DNA from: Octopus vulgaris
Lineage: Eukaryota
Length of the DNA stretch: 64,000 bases
Reading direction: 5' to 3'
Assembly (NCBI GenBank): GCA_951406725.2
Contig: OX597828.1
Span: 9,734,001 to 9,798,000 of the forward strand
The position numbers and the translations under genes were made by a program. A model generated the notes under the pieces. It was not told the origin of the DNA. It searched no databases and saw only the letters and a list, made by a program, of their open reading frames with translations. Positions within the stretch are counted from its first letter, which is position 1; each line of letters begins with the position of its first letter. Below, piece by piece: positions 1-12,127 of this stretch.

Positions 1-159
1 TATTCTGCCAAAATTTGTCAGGCATGAACTATTTGGTCAAATATGTCAATAAATAAGCTACATACAAATCCCATTCTACTGCACTCATTTGTTATTTTCT
101 TGTTACTGATTATGCATGTCCTAACAAACTTTCAATGTTGCTTACATTAAATAATACAC

Positions 160-561
160 TCTCTTTATTTACTTTTTATATACTCTTTTACTTGTTTCAG
201 TCATTTGACTGTGGCCATGCTGGAGCAGCACCTTTAGTCGAGCAAATCGACCCCAGGAATTATTCTTTGTAAGCCTAGTACTTATTCTATCGGTCTCTTA
301 TGCCGAGCCGCTAAGTTACGGTGACGTAAACACAGCAACAGCGGTTGTCAAGTGATGTTAGCGGTGGAGGGGTGTCAAACACAGACACAAACATATACAC
401 ACACACATATATATATATACGACGGACTTCTTTCAGTTTCCGTCTACCAAATCCACTCAGAAGGCTTTGGTCGGCCCGAGGCTGTTGTAGAAGACACTTG
501 CCCAAGGTGCCACACAGTGGGACTGAACCCAAGCTACTTACCACACAGCCACTCCTACGCC
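160..561 (-). mobile_element. tRNA-headed SINE, family A (CORE-like body, internal CA/TA microsatellite)
   Basis: The minus strand begins GGCGTAGGAGTGGCTGTGTGGTAAG...GGTTCAGTCCC (pol III A/B-box-like), continues CCTTGGGCAAGTG and ends in an AGTAAAAGAG-type tail. The same sequence recurs at 2.8, 15.1/21.5, 24.0, 29.7 and 42.4 kb. Confidence 0.85.
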
Positions 562-879
562 TATATGGTTCGTTAGAATCATAAGTCCGTATTTCAAAAT
601 GCTTCGCTCTCTTTGTTCCAGTTATTTTTTCTCAACTGAGTTATAATCATGCAATTTTAACATTGCCTACACATTTTCGAAGTTCATAAAATGAAATACA
701 ACTCAAATATTGTGTCAATGGTAACAACTGACCAATGTTCCTCAATTTTGCTGGAACTGAGCCTTTATTTGCAACAACTGATAAACGAGAGCTGATATAT
801 TTCATCGAAGAAGAGGACCAACATTTCCACTAAAAATTATTGGCCTATGTCTAAATCAGATACCAGTTTTATTAATAAC

Positions 880-1100
880 GGTAACGCGGTGTATTGTCAG
901 CATCATTAGCACGTCGGACAAAATGCTTCGCGGCATTTCTCCCGGATCTTTTCCTCCTGATTTCACATCCCACTGAGGTTAGCTTTGCTTTACATCATTT
1001 CAAAGTCGATAAAATAAGTACCAGCTTAATAGTACTGAAGAGCGATATCATCGATCTGCCCCTCCCCTTAAATTTGCTAGCCTTGTACCAAAATTAGAAA
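880..1100 (+). mobile_element. degenerate SINE, family B (Nin/Deu-like core)
   Basis: ttagcacgtcggacaaaatgctt...ctttgctttacatcatttcaaagtcgataaaataagtaccag matches the family B copies elsewhere in the window. Confidence 0.65.
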
Positions 1101-1714
1101 AAAATGTTTCTAATATTAGTAGAGATAGAAGAAATGGCAGTAATCTTTCTTGTTACGCAGTAGTAGTAGCAGGGAATCGTTTATTGTACTCTACGTTAAT
1201 AAATTTTGTGTGAGATGTTTGCGATTCAATCCAAAATAAATAACCAGAGGGAAGATATAGCATCTTCTACAAGAATTTGTAATACAATACTATGTCTTTC
1301 ATCTTCGTTTATCAAGAAAAATTAATTTTGGGAATGTATACATCCTATAAAACCTCATGTTGCGCAATACAGAAGGAATTGAAGAAATCAGGATTTTTTT
1401 TCACTTCAAAAGGTGTTTCAATATATGTTTGTAATTTTTCGTGTAAGCCATTATTTGGAACTGTTTGTAGCAGTCTGCAATGTTTAAATACTTAGTGTGT
1501 ATTGCTCTTTTCGAACCCAAGAGATGATGAAATTCTATAGCAATTTTAATGACTTCATAGCACGAATCAAACTTAATTAGCGCCAATGTATATTTCTTTC
1601 ACTTGATGCTGCTAGAGAAAGAACACGCACATCTTCCTGTGCCACATTGCACTTTTTCGTAAATATGAATGTAGCTAAACGAGTAAAGTATTATAGATAC
1701 ACATACGTGAATAT

Positions 1715-1770
1715 ATGTATGTGTGTATGTATGTATGTATGTATGTATGTATGTATGTATGTATGTATAT
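1715..1770. repeat. (TATG)n microsatellite
   Basis: Directly visible tandem array. Confidence 0.95.
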
Positions 1771-2399
1771 GAAGAGAGGAAAAGAGTGTGTGAGAGAGAA
1801 ACACGTACAATCAATCCTATCCAGTATAAAATACACTGATTTCAAGAATTTTTCTTTTCATAAACATTTTCTCTCTGGGATAGGCATTAGATGTTTCCTG
1901 TATTAAATATTCCAGTATTGCTTAAACAACTATATGACGTGTATACTATTATAAGACACCCACTCACACACAGAAGCCCACACATACAGACACATTTACA
2001 CACAACTTAGACTCCAATCTTTCCAATATTTACTTTACCTGAATCGTGACAAGGGCAAATTATTTTAGACTGAAACATTGTCAATTATATGAACCGGTAG
2101 TTGTTTAGTAGTGTTTATTATCGATATATCTGTTATGATGAGGGTTGCCGACTCCTGTGGAGTGCGAGATCTTCAACATTGTGAGATAAATGTAAATAGC
2201 ATCCACAATTTACTAAATATTTTATTATTTTCTGATGCAAAATTATGTGGAACATTACAAAAATCCTTTTCTTATATGGAATGTTTGTTAAATTTGCAAA
2301 TAGTTGGATCTTACGATCAACTAAGTCCATTTTTAGATATTAAGAAGCGTGGAATTCTAATATTCCAATTGTTTTGATAGTAAACATATCTTCTTTAAT

Positions 2400-2700
2400 G
2401 GTTTGTTTAATTTCGTTTTAGAATATCAACTAAAAGCCTGACGCACGAGTGGTAGAATGTTTAGAGCAGAAAATGTTCAGACTCTGTATTAAGTTCTTAA
2501 CTGCCCATTTCCAACTTTTTTGTTATCCCGCGGAACTCGATAACTAAAGTACCATCTCAAGAACATTATTTGATTCGCATTTCTCTGTCATTGTGCGTGC
2601 AGGCGATTTCTTGAAATCGGTTACACAATATGGACGAATCAGTAGCAAAATCTTATCATTTGAATGCTGTAAAACATTATCCGAACAACCAAGCTACGTT
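2400..2700 (-). pseudogene. decayed exon fragment, CUB-like domain end
   Basis: Manual minus-strand translation gives ...EKCESNNVLEMVL*...FCSKHSTTRASGF*LIF*. It parallels IASGFKLDY at 7.5 kb and has several stops. Confidence 0.35.
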
Positions 2701-2797
2701 AGCGATCGACGGAAATTGATGTTTCCTCTTTTACATTATAAAGCGACCTTTTAGCAAATTGAAAAAAAACATAACGATGTCATATAAAAATAACATT

Positions 2798-3131
2798 ACT
2801 CTTTTTACTCTTTTGCTTGTTTCAGTCATTTGACTGCAGCCATGCTGGAGCACCGCCTTTAGACGAGCAAATCGACTGCAAGACTTATTTTTGTAAGCCC
2901 AGTACTTATTCTATCGGTCTCTTTTGCCGAACCGCTAAGTTACAAGGATGTAAACACACCAGCATTGGTTGTCGAGCAATACTATGGGAACAAACGCACG
3001 TACTCAATCATACACACACATATATATAAATATATACGACAGGCTTCTCTGAGTTTCAGTCTACCAAATCCACTCACAAGGCCTCGGTCGGCCCGAGGCC
3101 ATAGGAGAAGACACCTGCCCAAGATGCCACG
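2798..3131 (-). mobile_element. SINE family A lacking its tRNA head, joined to a LINE 3' end
   Basis: Body and tail match 160-520, but the match stops at gatgccacg, just before the B-box region. Confidence 0.8.
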
Positions 3132-3149
3132 AATTACATTTGTGTGTGT

Positions 3150-4200
3150 GTGCGTGCTTTTTAGTTTTATTTAAGTTCTTAAGATATTTCAGCCGGTTAC
3201 TTGCAAAACAAGAAAATATCTTGAGTTCATAGTGTGTTGTAAATATATTTTGAGAGTGTTTGTAAATATGGGTTGAACTGCTGAGTTGGTTTAACTGCTG
3301 AGTTGGTTGAACTGTCGATCCACGCCAAAGAATATGCATTTAAACTTCTAATGAATTTGAAATGGAGAATCTTTGGAATGACCTACAAATTTTCAATATG
3401 CTGCAAATAAATTAAATCTGAAGATGCGTGTCCGAAAACCTTAGAATATTTCTTCGAAAGACTTAGTATATTTAAGTTTTTGCGTACGCTTTTAGGCACA
3501 TACAGTAATGCACCGATGATCATAGATTAAAAGGGAGATTTATAGTCTGTGTACAAAACCTGCATGTCCCGCCATAGCTGTTCTCTTTTCGAGGGCTTTT
3601 GATGGGGCATTTGTATCCACTGCACAGCTGTACAATATTAGATTTTATATTTGCATCAAATCGCTGTGTTTTTGGAGTATTCCACCATCGCTCTTTAAGC
3701 TATGAGTACATACTGGTTCTGACATACATTTTACGTACACCTCAGAGTAATTTTTCCTACAAAAATTATTGAAAATAGTCTTTGCAACTAAATCATACCT
3801 CAGTGGGAGGTAGTATTTTGCAGGCATTTTGGGGCAGCCGCTGATGTAGGTAATATATTTCATACTGCAACAGCGTAGTCGAAATTTTCCATAACAACGT
3901 GGTGGTTTGTGGGTATCTTTGTCTCTTTTATTTATCAAACGTATTCACGTTGACGTGAGCTTCTGTAATCTTAGACCTTGAGGAAGCTGTCCCTTGGACA
4001 ATACGTGCCTGCAAAAATAACTAGTGTACAATGGGAACATAACAGTTTTGAACGGAATAACTATAAAGTATATTGGAATGACGAGAAATACCTTAAAAAA
4101 TAATACACAGTATTTGGCATCACTCAGAAATGAAAACAAAAGACAGATAAAATCTTTATGAAACATAGTACAGATACATAAGGAGAGAGGCGCCAGCAAC
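3150..4200 (-). mobile_element. decayed 3' part of an RLE-type non-LTR retrotransposon (Dong/R4-like)
   Basis: The minus strand encodes a zinc-knuckle-like RLRC...ISGCPKMPAKYYLPLRYDLVAKTI and, downstream, KENSYG/RDMQVLYTDYK..MIIGALLYVPKS, typical of a restriction-like endonuclease C-terminus. It contains frameshifts and stops. Confidence 0.7.
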
Positions 4201-4714
4201 TCCTAGACAATCTGGAGCATTATATTTACCGAAGGCTAAATATCATACCATCAGCGTTTTAAAAATTGGGGGTGAAATGTTATTGTACTACGTGAATAAG
4301 CAACAATTCACGCTTCGAAATTTCAAGCATGAGTTTCTATCTACCTTATCGCTCCTCCAGCCTAGATAAAGATTTCTTTGAACATAAAATATATATTCGA
4401 TATATGAACATGATGCATGAAAGACACATGCTCCGGTGAACGTAAACTGAAAACACTCGTTACAAACACATGTGCTTTACAAATATTCATGGCATCATGT
4501 TATATGCACACATTTCTGAAGGCGCACTCCGTGAAATTACCCTCCTATGGGCTAGGTTTTTTGGGAAAATTATGTGCAAATCCACAGTTATCTGCGCATA
4601 GTCAAACACGAACAAAATGCATAATGCAGATGTGTGTGTCTTTGTGTGTGTGTGTGTGTGTGGGTGGGTGCGTGTCTTTCTGTGTCTGTGTGTGTGAGCG
4701 CATGCACATATTCT

Positions 4715-5128
4715 TATTTCTTTACTGCCACCAAGGAGCTAAACACAGAGGAGACAAACAAGGACAGACAAACGGATTAATTCGATTATATCGACTCCAG
4801 TGCGTAACTGGTACTTATTTAATTGACCCCGAAAAGATGGAAGGCAATGTCGACCTCGGTGGAATTTGAACTCAGAACGTAACGGCAGACGAAATACCTA
4901 TTTCTTTACTACCCACAAGGGCTAAACACAGAGGGGGACAAACAAGGACAGACAAACGGATTAAGTCGATTATATTGACCCCAGTGCGTAACTGGTACTT
5001 ATCTAATAGACCCCGAAAGGATGAAAGGCAAAGTCCACCTCGGTGGAATTTTAACTCAGAACGTAACGGCAGACGAAATACCGCTAAGCATTTAGTCCGG
5101 CGTTCTGTCGTTTCTGCCAGCTCGCCGC
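4715..5128 (-). mobile_element. dimeric SINE family B with 11-bp TSD
   Basis: The head is GCGGCGAGCTGGCAGAAAC, with two tandem copies of the TTTGCCTTTCATCCTTTCGGGGTC...AGTACCAG core. The TSD gcacatattct lies at 4704-4714 and 5130-5140. Confidence 0.9.
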
Positions 5129-5424
5129 AGCACATATTCTGCATGGATATTCTGCTCCTGTACATATGAGGGTGCATTCATATGCATTTAAACGAAGCCA
5201 AAACTATTCGAAGGGACATAGAGGCTAGAACTTGTTTCCCCTGATTTGTACATTTATTTCTTTACTCCAAAAATCCGCTCATTCTCGTGTAATTTCATTG
5301 TAGTCTCATCCAAAATGGAGACATGCTAATGTTCCAATGCGGCAAGCTTGGCAATTACTGACTATTCACGGTATGAAACCAATCATAGCCTTGTTAACCC
5401 CAAAATAACAAGGCTATGCGCACG

Positions 5425-5645
5425 CACACATACATACACACACACACAAGTCAATATTTATCCCCTACCACCGCTTGGTAGCCGGTGCTGATGTACTCAT
5501 CTTCCCGTAACGTAGCGGTTCGGCAAAAGAGACTGATAGAATACGTACACGCTTACAATAGCACTGCGGTAGATTCGTTCAACTAAAAATTCTTCAATAC
5601 CGTACCATAGCATGGCCGCAGTGTAATGACTGAAACAATAAAATA
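5425..5645 (+). mobile_element. 3' half of SINE family A
   Basis: cggttcggcaaaagagactgatagaata...catggccgcagtgtaatgactgaaaca matches the family A tail. Confidence 0.7.
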
Positions 5646-5664
5646 TAAAATGATATACATATAT

Positions 5665-5963
5665 CCCCGTGATCGACCAGGCTATCAGATGTTGCTACAC
5701 ATCGCTGGTCACAATGCGTTTCGCATTGTTCTATCCTTCAAATGACGCCACCCCGCTGGCTAAGTGAGCAGGCCAACAGAAGAAATAGTGAGAGAAAGTT
5801 GTGGTGAAAGAGTATAGCAGGGATCGCTACGCCCTCCTGCCGGAGGTTCGTGGAGCCGTATGTGTTTTTGTTCAATAAACTCTCACAACAACCGGTCTGG
5901 GAATCGAAACCGCGATCCTACGACGGCGAGTTCGCTGCCCCAACCACTAGACCATTGCGCCTC
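5665..5963 (-). mobile_element. tRNA-headed SINE family C, tail type 1
   Basis: The minus strand reads GGCGCAATGGTCTAGTGGTT...GGTTTCGATTCCC (A/B boxes). About 190 bp of the 5' end is shared with 10605-10972. Confidence 0.8.
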
Positions 5964-5974
5964 GACTTATAGAA

Positions 5975-5977
<3 letters not shown>

Positions 5978-6016
<39 letters not shown>

Positions 6017-6020
6017 ACAA

Positions 6021-6093
<73 letters not shown>

Positions 6094-6104
6094 CACACAC
6101 ACAC

Positions 6105-6150
<46 letters not shown>
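5978..6150. repeat. compound (CA)n/(TA)n microsatellite
   Basis: Directly visible. Confidence 0.95.
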
Positions 6151-6152
<2 letters not shown>

Positions 6153-6859
6153 TGGGGTTAACACATCTAGCATTGATCTCGAATGGGTGACTCACATAAC
6201 AACTGCTTCAGGAGCACCCGCCGGTCCACATGTGTCTCATCGTGTGATAAATACATACAACTCGTTAAAATAACAGTTCCGCAATGTATCTTCTCATTTC
6301 GTAGAAACAAAAGCAGCAAAACAAAGGAAATATCTTCATTTATATAGAAGATCAAAATTAAAATCACAGATGCAAAATAGAACCGAATACGCAAGCGAAA
6401 AAACTATAAACATATAAGGGCGAATTGGTATGCCTGTGTGTGTGCATGTATGGTTTAAATTTTACACATTGCGAAACCTATGCAATTGTAACATGAAATC
6501 AGAACATATCTGTATAGTACTAATTGTTTATAATATATAATCGTATTCTGTATACTAATCCACCGTATTCTATGTATAAGAATAAGATTAGAAGGACTGG
6601 ATATATCGTATGCGTGAAATAGATAAAATACCATCATATTAAATCTGAGTGTCCCAGATTTCAACAAAATGCTACCAAATATCTGCAATATGTTTATTGT
6701 GTAAGTCACATGAGTAGCAACAGAACCTTTTTATATATGGGTGAATGTGTATGTGAATGCGAGTGTTTGCGTATTTGAAAATGTGTTTATATATGAATAT
6801 ATATATAATTGTGCAGGGTTTTTACATACTGGGTGAAGCGCTACAAAAGTGCATTAGAA

Positions 6860-8267
6860 TCAGGAGATCCTACTTTGAAGGAGCTTAGCGTTCTGTAGTG
6901 AATGTTGCTCCCCAGAAAGTCTTTCCTCATACGTTGTGACAGGAAGATCATCTGTATAGTTTGACTGATACTGATACATGCCTTGCTAACATGCTTAGAG
7001 TTTCTGTTTGATGGTGAGGCATTTGGCATTTCTTACTACTTAGTCCACTACAGTCACAAACAAAAAGCAAAACTAATACTACATTATCAGATATAATGGC
7101 AATTTCTAAGCAATAGTTTGTGGTTTTTTGCTTGGGGATTCTGAAATCTGTTTTATGGACAAGCGTCTGTAGGAATGTTGATTTGTCTTTGCAGAAGCTG
7201 TTTATTTCATCGCAGAACGAAGTAAATTTTGACAAAAGTATAGAGGTGTAAGCGTTTGAGAGTGTAGTTGAGAGTGTAGTTCCATTGTAGTTCTGAAGGA
7301 AATGAAACACACCATTCTTCAGATATGGAATACCTGATGTCTTGGAGGATTATTTCGGTTGTCATGAGAATAAGTTAGTGTACCACATGAATTGTGCCTA
7401 AAAAGTATATCAATTTGTAAGGGAGATTTTGAATTAATAAACCTTAGGTAGACCTCAAATCTACCACATGAAAATTATCTAGAAATACCATACTAGTTCA
7501 AATGTCTTCTTTCGATATTTGTGTGTAATCTAGCTTGAAACCGGATGCTATCTGAAAACCGCTGGAAGAAATATATACCAAATATACTAGTTTGTATCAT
7601 ATTTTTAGTGACATATCAATAAATTTAAGGTAGTCAGATCAAAAAGGATGGAAAATATTATCAAATGGATTCTAACTGGAACATTATGAAAAATATCCTT
7701 CCACTATTTTTAATATGGTAAAGTGTAAATTGAAGAATATTTGGTTGAAATTTCTAATTGGAAAAGCAAATGCTTTGATGCACCGGCATTGACTCGAATT
7801 ATCAACTGTCTACTTGGTAAAACAAATTAATGCAGTCGTTATCCACTGTAAATTACACCAATTACCTCCGTATTTCTTCATGAACATTACTATCAAATAT
7901 ATCAAACACAATACATCAAATAAATTTGATATATCAGATACATATAGTATACCAAACACAAATAGAATATCAACTACATTTAATATATCAAACAGATATC
8001 CTATTATCTTATATTTGTCATGTGATGAATCAAAATTTACTCCAATAATATCCTCATTGCAACTGAATGACATGTGATATTTACAATGACGAAGAAGTGC
8101 ATATGCCGTTCACATGTTTTTGAAACTAGTCACTCGTTGCTTTACGTGCGATTTTGTGTGATCTACCTGACCTGAAACTCGTAAGTTTTTCAGGTGGTCA
8201 TTTATGTCTCAGGTTGATCTAACTTTTGCTTCTTGCAACTGTAGAATTCCATGCAAAACTGTATAAT
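6860..8267 (-). pseudogene. decayed large exon: Cys-patterned module + CUB-like domain + possible TM/cytoplasmic tail
   Basis: An acceptor ttacAG at 8269-8268 opens one frame running to about 7500: YTVLHG...RHCKYHMSFSCNED...YGGNW...QCRCIKAFAFPIRNF...SDYLKFID...LVYLVYISSSGFQIASGFKLDY, with about 7 stops. Frameshifted continuations give IAIISDNVVLVLLFVC and DDLPVTTYEE. Confidence 0.5.
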
Positions 8268-9419
8268 CTGTAAGCGATTTCAGTCAAGATATTTTGCTTA
8301 ATGTTATTTTATTGCAAGGCCTGAGAAGCCATAATTTGTACTGCATCACACTGGTACAACAAAACCTGGTTAGGGGCTAAGGGATTAAGGGGCTACTAAG
8401 CATGGATTGGGCCAGGTACCCTAATAGAACGCCACAAATAAATACATTGTCATAAAAATAAAATGTTTCTTTATCTTGATTAATTAGCCATGTAATCTTA
8501 ACAGTTACAATGACATCAGGCTACAATAAAACAACTCCATTAGAAGTGTTTTATGCAAATTAATTTTCAACAATGCGGCAAAGCAATGATACACACGAAA
8601 CCTTAAAATATTTTCCTTTATATTAAAAGAAATAAAAATATATATATAGGACACGTATTGGCTTAATCCTATCATTTGAATTGCACTTATTCTAAAACAG
8701 CGAAATTGAACTAACAAGAATTTCTAACGTGAGGCAAATCGACGATATGTAGAAAGAATAAAAATCAATGTTTACGTGAAAATGTGTTTCAAGTTATTCG
8801 ATAAGAATTACTATTAATTTGACACTAAGAATACCTTAACAGCAAAGAAACAAATCAAAAGTATCCAAGAAATATCTTTGACAACTGTCGTCGCTCTTTA
8901 TATTTTAAGTATCACGTCAAACCTTTGATAAAAAACATTCTAGTTTTACACAACACATAATTGCATATAAGTGAATAAATTTCAGAAAATACAGTTCCTT
9001 TATTATCTGTTAGAGTGTTATTTACGGAATAGTTTGAACAAATCAACTACTGCATTGGTTGCCTAAAGATCGCTTCATGTTGAATATCTCTATACACCAA
9101 ATATCATAATTTTCATCTAGATATTTCGTCGCACGGCTAACGCAACTATTCGTGTCTACTTATTGCGTATACCACTAATGCCCACCTACAGTTTACTGAG
9201 AAGTTTTGTTTTTATAAACGAAGTAGATTCTATGCACCACAGAAATGAAACATCGTTTGCAATTTCAGGATCTAATTCAGAAAAAAAACCCATTTATTAA
9301 AGAGGATCATTTTCATAGTCTGAACAAGAAAAAAGAAAATAATGTAAGAATAATAGAAGCAGATACACAGCTTCATGCAAATTTTGTGGTTTAAAAGCCC
9401 CATCCTTTGGTCACATATG

Positions 9420-9420
9420 G

Positions 9421-9451
<31 letters not shown>

Positions 9452-9488
9452 AATATATATGTATATAAGTATATAAGTATATATATGG

Positions 9489-9540
<52 letters not shown>

Positions 9541-9608
9541 CTATACATATATAGACAGACACGCAGACAGATAGATGAATAGATAGATAGATAGATAGAT
9601 AGATAGAC
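9420..9608. repeat. compound (TA)n/(CA)n/(GATA)n microsatellite
   Basis: Directly visible. Confidence 0.9.
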
Positions 9609-9835
9609 GAAAGAAAAGTTTTTTATAATGAATCCTTTGTAAAATTTGTCGCATACTTTGAGTAGGCTGCATAAATGTTTGTTACGAATAATACAGATTA
9701 AATTATTGAAATCTTCTCATTTTCTAGCTATCGCCATTCACAGAATCCACATCTCTGCTGGAAAAGAAACAAAGAGAATACTCTCAAGTCATATACTACT
9801 TAAAAGCTAAATTATATTCTGCAATGTATTGATAG

Positions 9836-9889
<54 letters not shown>

Positions 9890-10315
9890 GTGGAAAATCA
9901 GTGTCTTTGTGGCGTTGTTATCTAACTCCTCCTACATCGTTGTACTGATTTTGATGAAACTTGACACGTGACCAGAGCTATTGACTGGAAACCTAGTGGC
10001 ATACTTGAAATGTTGACAAAATCGATGATACAACCCATGGAAGGAACATTTTTATCTACCTCATATAAGTAATTTTTTAAACATCCATGACAGCAGATAA
10101 TTTTTTTTATTGCACAACGTATTTGTAGTGACTTCATGCAGGCATAGAGTGGATTCGATCCTCGACTGCCAAATTTAACTTAACACTTCAGCGGCGATTT
10201 CTCACGGTAAAACAAGAGTCACCGAAAATCTTTCTCCCCAACCTCCGAAAACCTGTCCCTCCACCAGCTGACAGTTGCTTGTACTTTTCCCGGACGGAAA
10301 ATAAACATTTTGTGG

Positions 10316-10319
<4 letters not shown>

Positions 10320-10375
<56 letters not shown>

Positions 10376-10395
10376 TCTATAAGTCCCTAATAGTG

Positions 10396-10463
<68 letters not shown>

Positions 10464-10483
10464 CCTATTAGTCCCTATTAGTG

Positions 10484-10573
<90 letters not shown>

Positions 10574-10603
10574 CACATATATATATATATACACATACAT
10601 ATA
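10320..10603. repeat. (TA)n arrays separated by a duplicated 27-bp spacer
   Basis: The spacers gtctctataagtccctaatagtgtatg and gttcctattagtccctattagtgtatg are each followed by long TA runs. Confidence 0.9.
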
Positions 10604-10604
10604 T

Positions 10605-10972
10605 CTTGTAGCCGTCCGTCGGTTACGATGACGAGGGTTCCAGTTGATCCGATCAAAGGAACAGCCTGCTCGTGAAATTAACGTGCAACTGGTTGAGCAC
10701 TCTAAAGACACGTATACTCCGGGGAGATTCAGCGTGACACAGATTGTGAGAAGGCTGGCTCTTTGAAATTCAGGTACAACAGAAACAGGAAGAAAGTGTG
10801 AGAGAAAGTTGTAGTAACAGAGTACAGCAGGGTTCGCTTCCGGCCCTGCCGGACCCTCGTGGAGCTTTTAGGTGTTTTTGCGCAATAAACACTTACAACG
10901 CCCGGTCTAGGAATCGAAGCTGCGATCCTGCAACCGCGAGTCCACTACCCTAACCACTGGGCCATTGCGCCT
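10605..10972 (-). mobile_element. tRNA-headed SINE family C, tail type 2
   Basis: The minus strand reads GGCGCAATGGCCCAGTGGTTAGGG...GCTTCGATTCC. The head is shared with 5665-5963, but the 3' half differs. Confidence 0.8.
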
Positions 10973-10998
10973 ACTATACATATATAAATACACACACG

Positions 10999-11039
<41 letters not shown>

Positions 11040-11284
11040 GAGACAGTTGCAATGCTTTTGATCATAGTTTTGATCGATCACGTGCCGCCCGGTGCTAAAC
11101 AACAACAATACCAGGAAAAATGAAAATAATTTGAAGAGACATTATAAAAAGTATAAGAGATACCAATACGCTCGCAAGCAATTCTTTCACAAATGAGATT
11201 ACCAAATTAAATATTCATTAATTAGCAAGGTGAAGAAAAAATCGCTTAATCGACGCTATACTGCAGCAGCACCAGGGGCAGCGG

Positions 11285-11294
11285 CAGCAGTAGC

Positions 11295-11335
<41 letters not shown>

Positions 11336-11345
11336 CAGCAGTAGT
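11285..11345. repeat. (TAG)n/(CAG)n microsatellite
   Basis: Directly visible. Confidence 0.9.
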
Positions 11346-11620
11346 GGCAATAGCAGTATTTTCGAACTAATGTCGATCCTCATTTTGTAGACTTCTTCGA
11401 TACGATGTTTCGTTTTTCTCTTTACATTAATGATGTATACGACTATATTGCACCCATTATATTCCTTTTTGTTTAAATTGGCAGGTGTGATGCGAAGGAA
11501 ATAATCTTCCTATTTTACAATGTCGCACAGAAACATACTACTTCTCGGAGCATTGATATTTGCTTCTAAAATATATACATACATACATACATATATATAC
11601 ATTTGTAAATATAAAATATA

Positions 11621-11815
11621 ACAGTTATTCGGTAGCCATGATAAAACTCCGAGTTTCGGATGTCGGGACGGAAACCCACGCCCACATCTCTTCAGTTATC
11701 CGGCCATCGAAAAAATCTAAAAAAATCGATGTCCGGATAAGTGAAGAGATGGCGGCGTTGGTTTCCGCCCCGACATCCGAAACTCGGAGTTTTATCATGG
11801 CTACCGAATAATTGT
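11621..11815. mobile_element. palindromic foldback element (MITE-like)
   Basis: acagttattcggtagccatgataaaactccgagtttcggatgtcggg... pairs with ...ccgacatccgaaactcggagttttatcatggctaccgaataattgt. The arms are about 90 bp around a short A-rich loop. Confidence 0.85.
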
Positions 11816-11894
11816 CACTTATTATATTTACAGATAAATTCCTCTATTTATATAATATCGAGATCTCTTTCACTCTTTTGTTGTTTTACCATTT

Positions 11895-12031
<137 letters not shown>

Positions 12032-12127
12032 TATATATATACATAATGCAGGATAAAATTTTTTCGAAAAAAAAAATTTTATCAATGGCTAGCATATTAA
12101 AAAATACCATTAAAGTTTAAAATTATA

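Noticed and set aside
311-584. Recurrent similar short ORFs (SFRLPNP..., CLAVFRLPLRSEFKF...) that look like a peptide family
   Set aside because: They lie inside SINE families A and B, so the similarity reflects repeat copies.
3271-3314. 17-bp tandem repeat ggttgaactgctgagtt, and the spaced TA-array repeats at 10.3-10.6 kb, as CRISPR-like
   Set aside because: The context is eukaryotic, with no unique equal-length spacers and no cas genes; these are simple tandem duplications.
5860-6273. ORFs rich in YI/HT/CV dipeptides (also at 9.3, 10.3, 11.8, 31.4, 38.4, 45.2, 46.0, 53.7-55.3 and 60.8 kb)
   Set aside because: These are translations of TA/CA/TG/ATCT microsatellites, which lack stop codons; they are not genes.
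10900-10972. tRNA-like sequences (also 5890-5963, 23955-24025)
   Set aside because: They are SINE heads continuing into repeat bodies and lack a convincing cloverleaf and acceptor stem.
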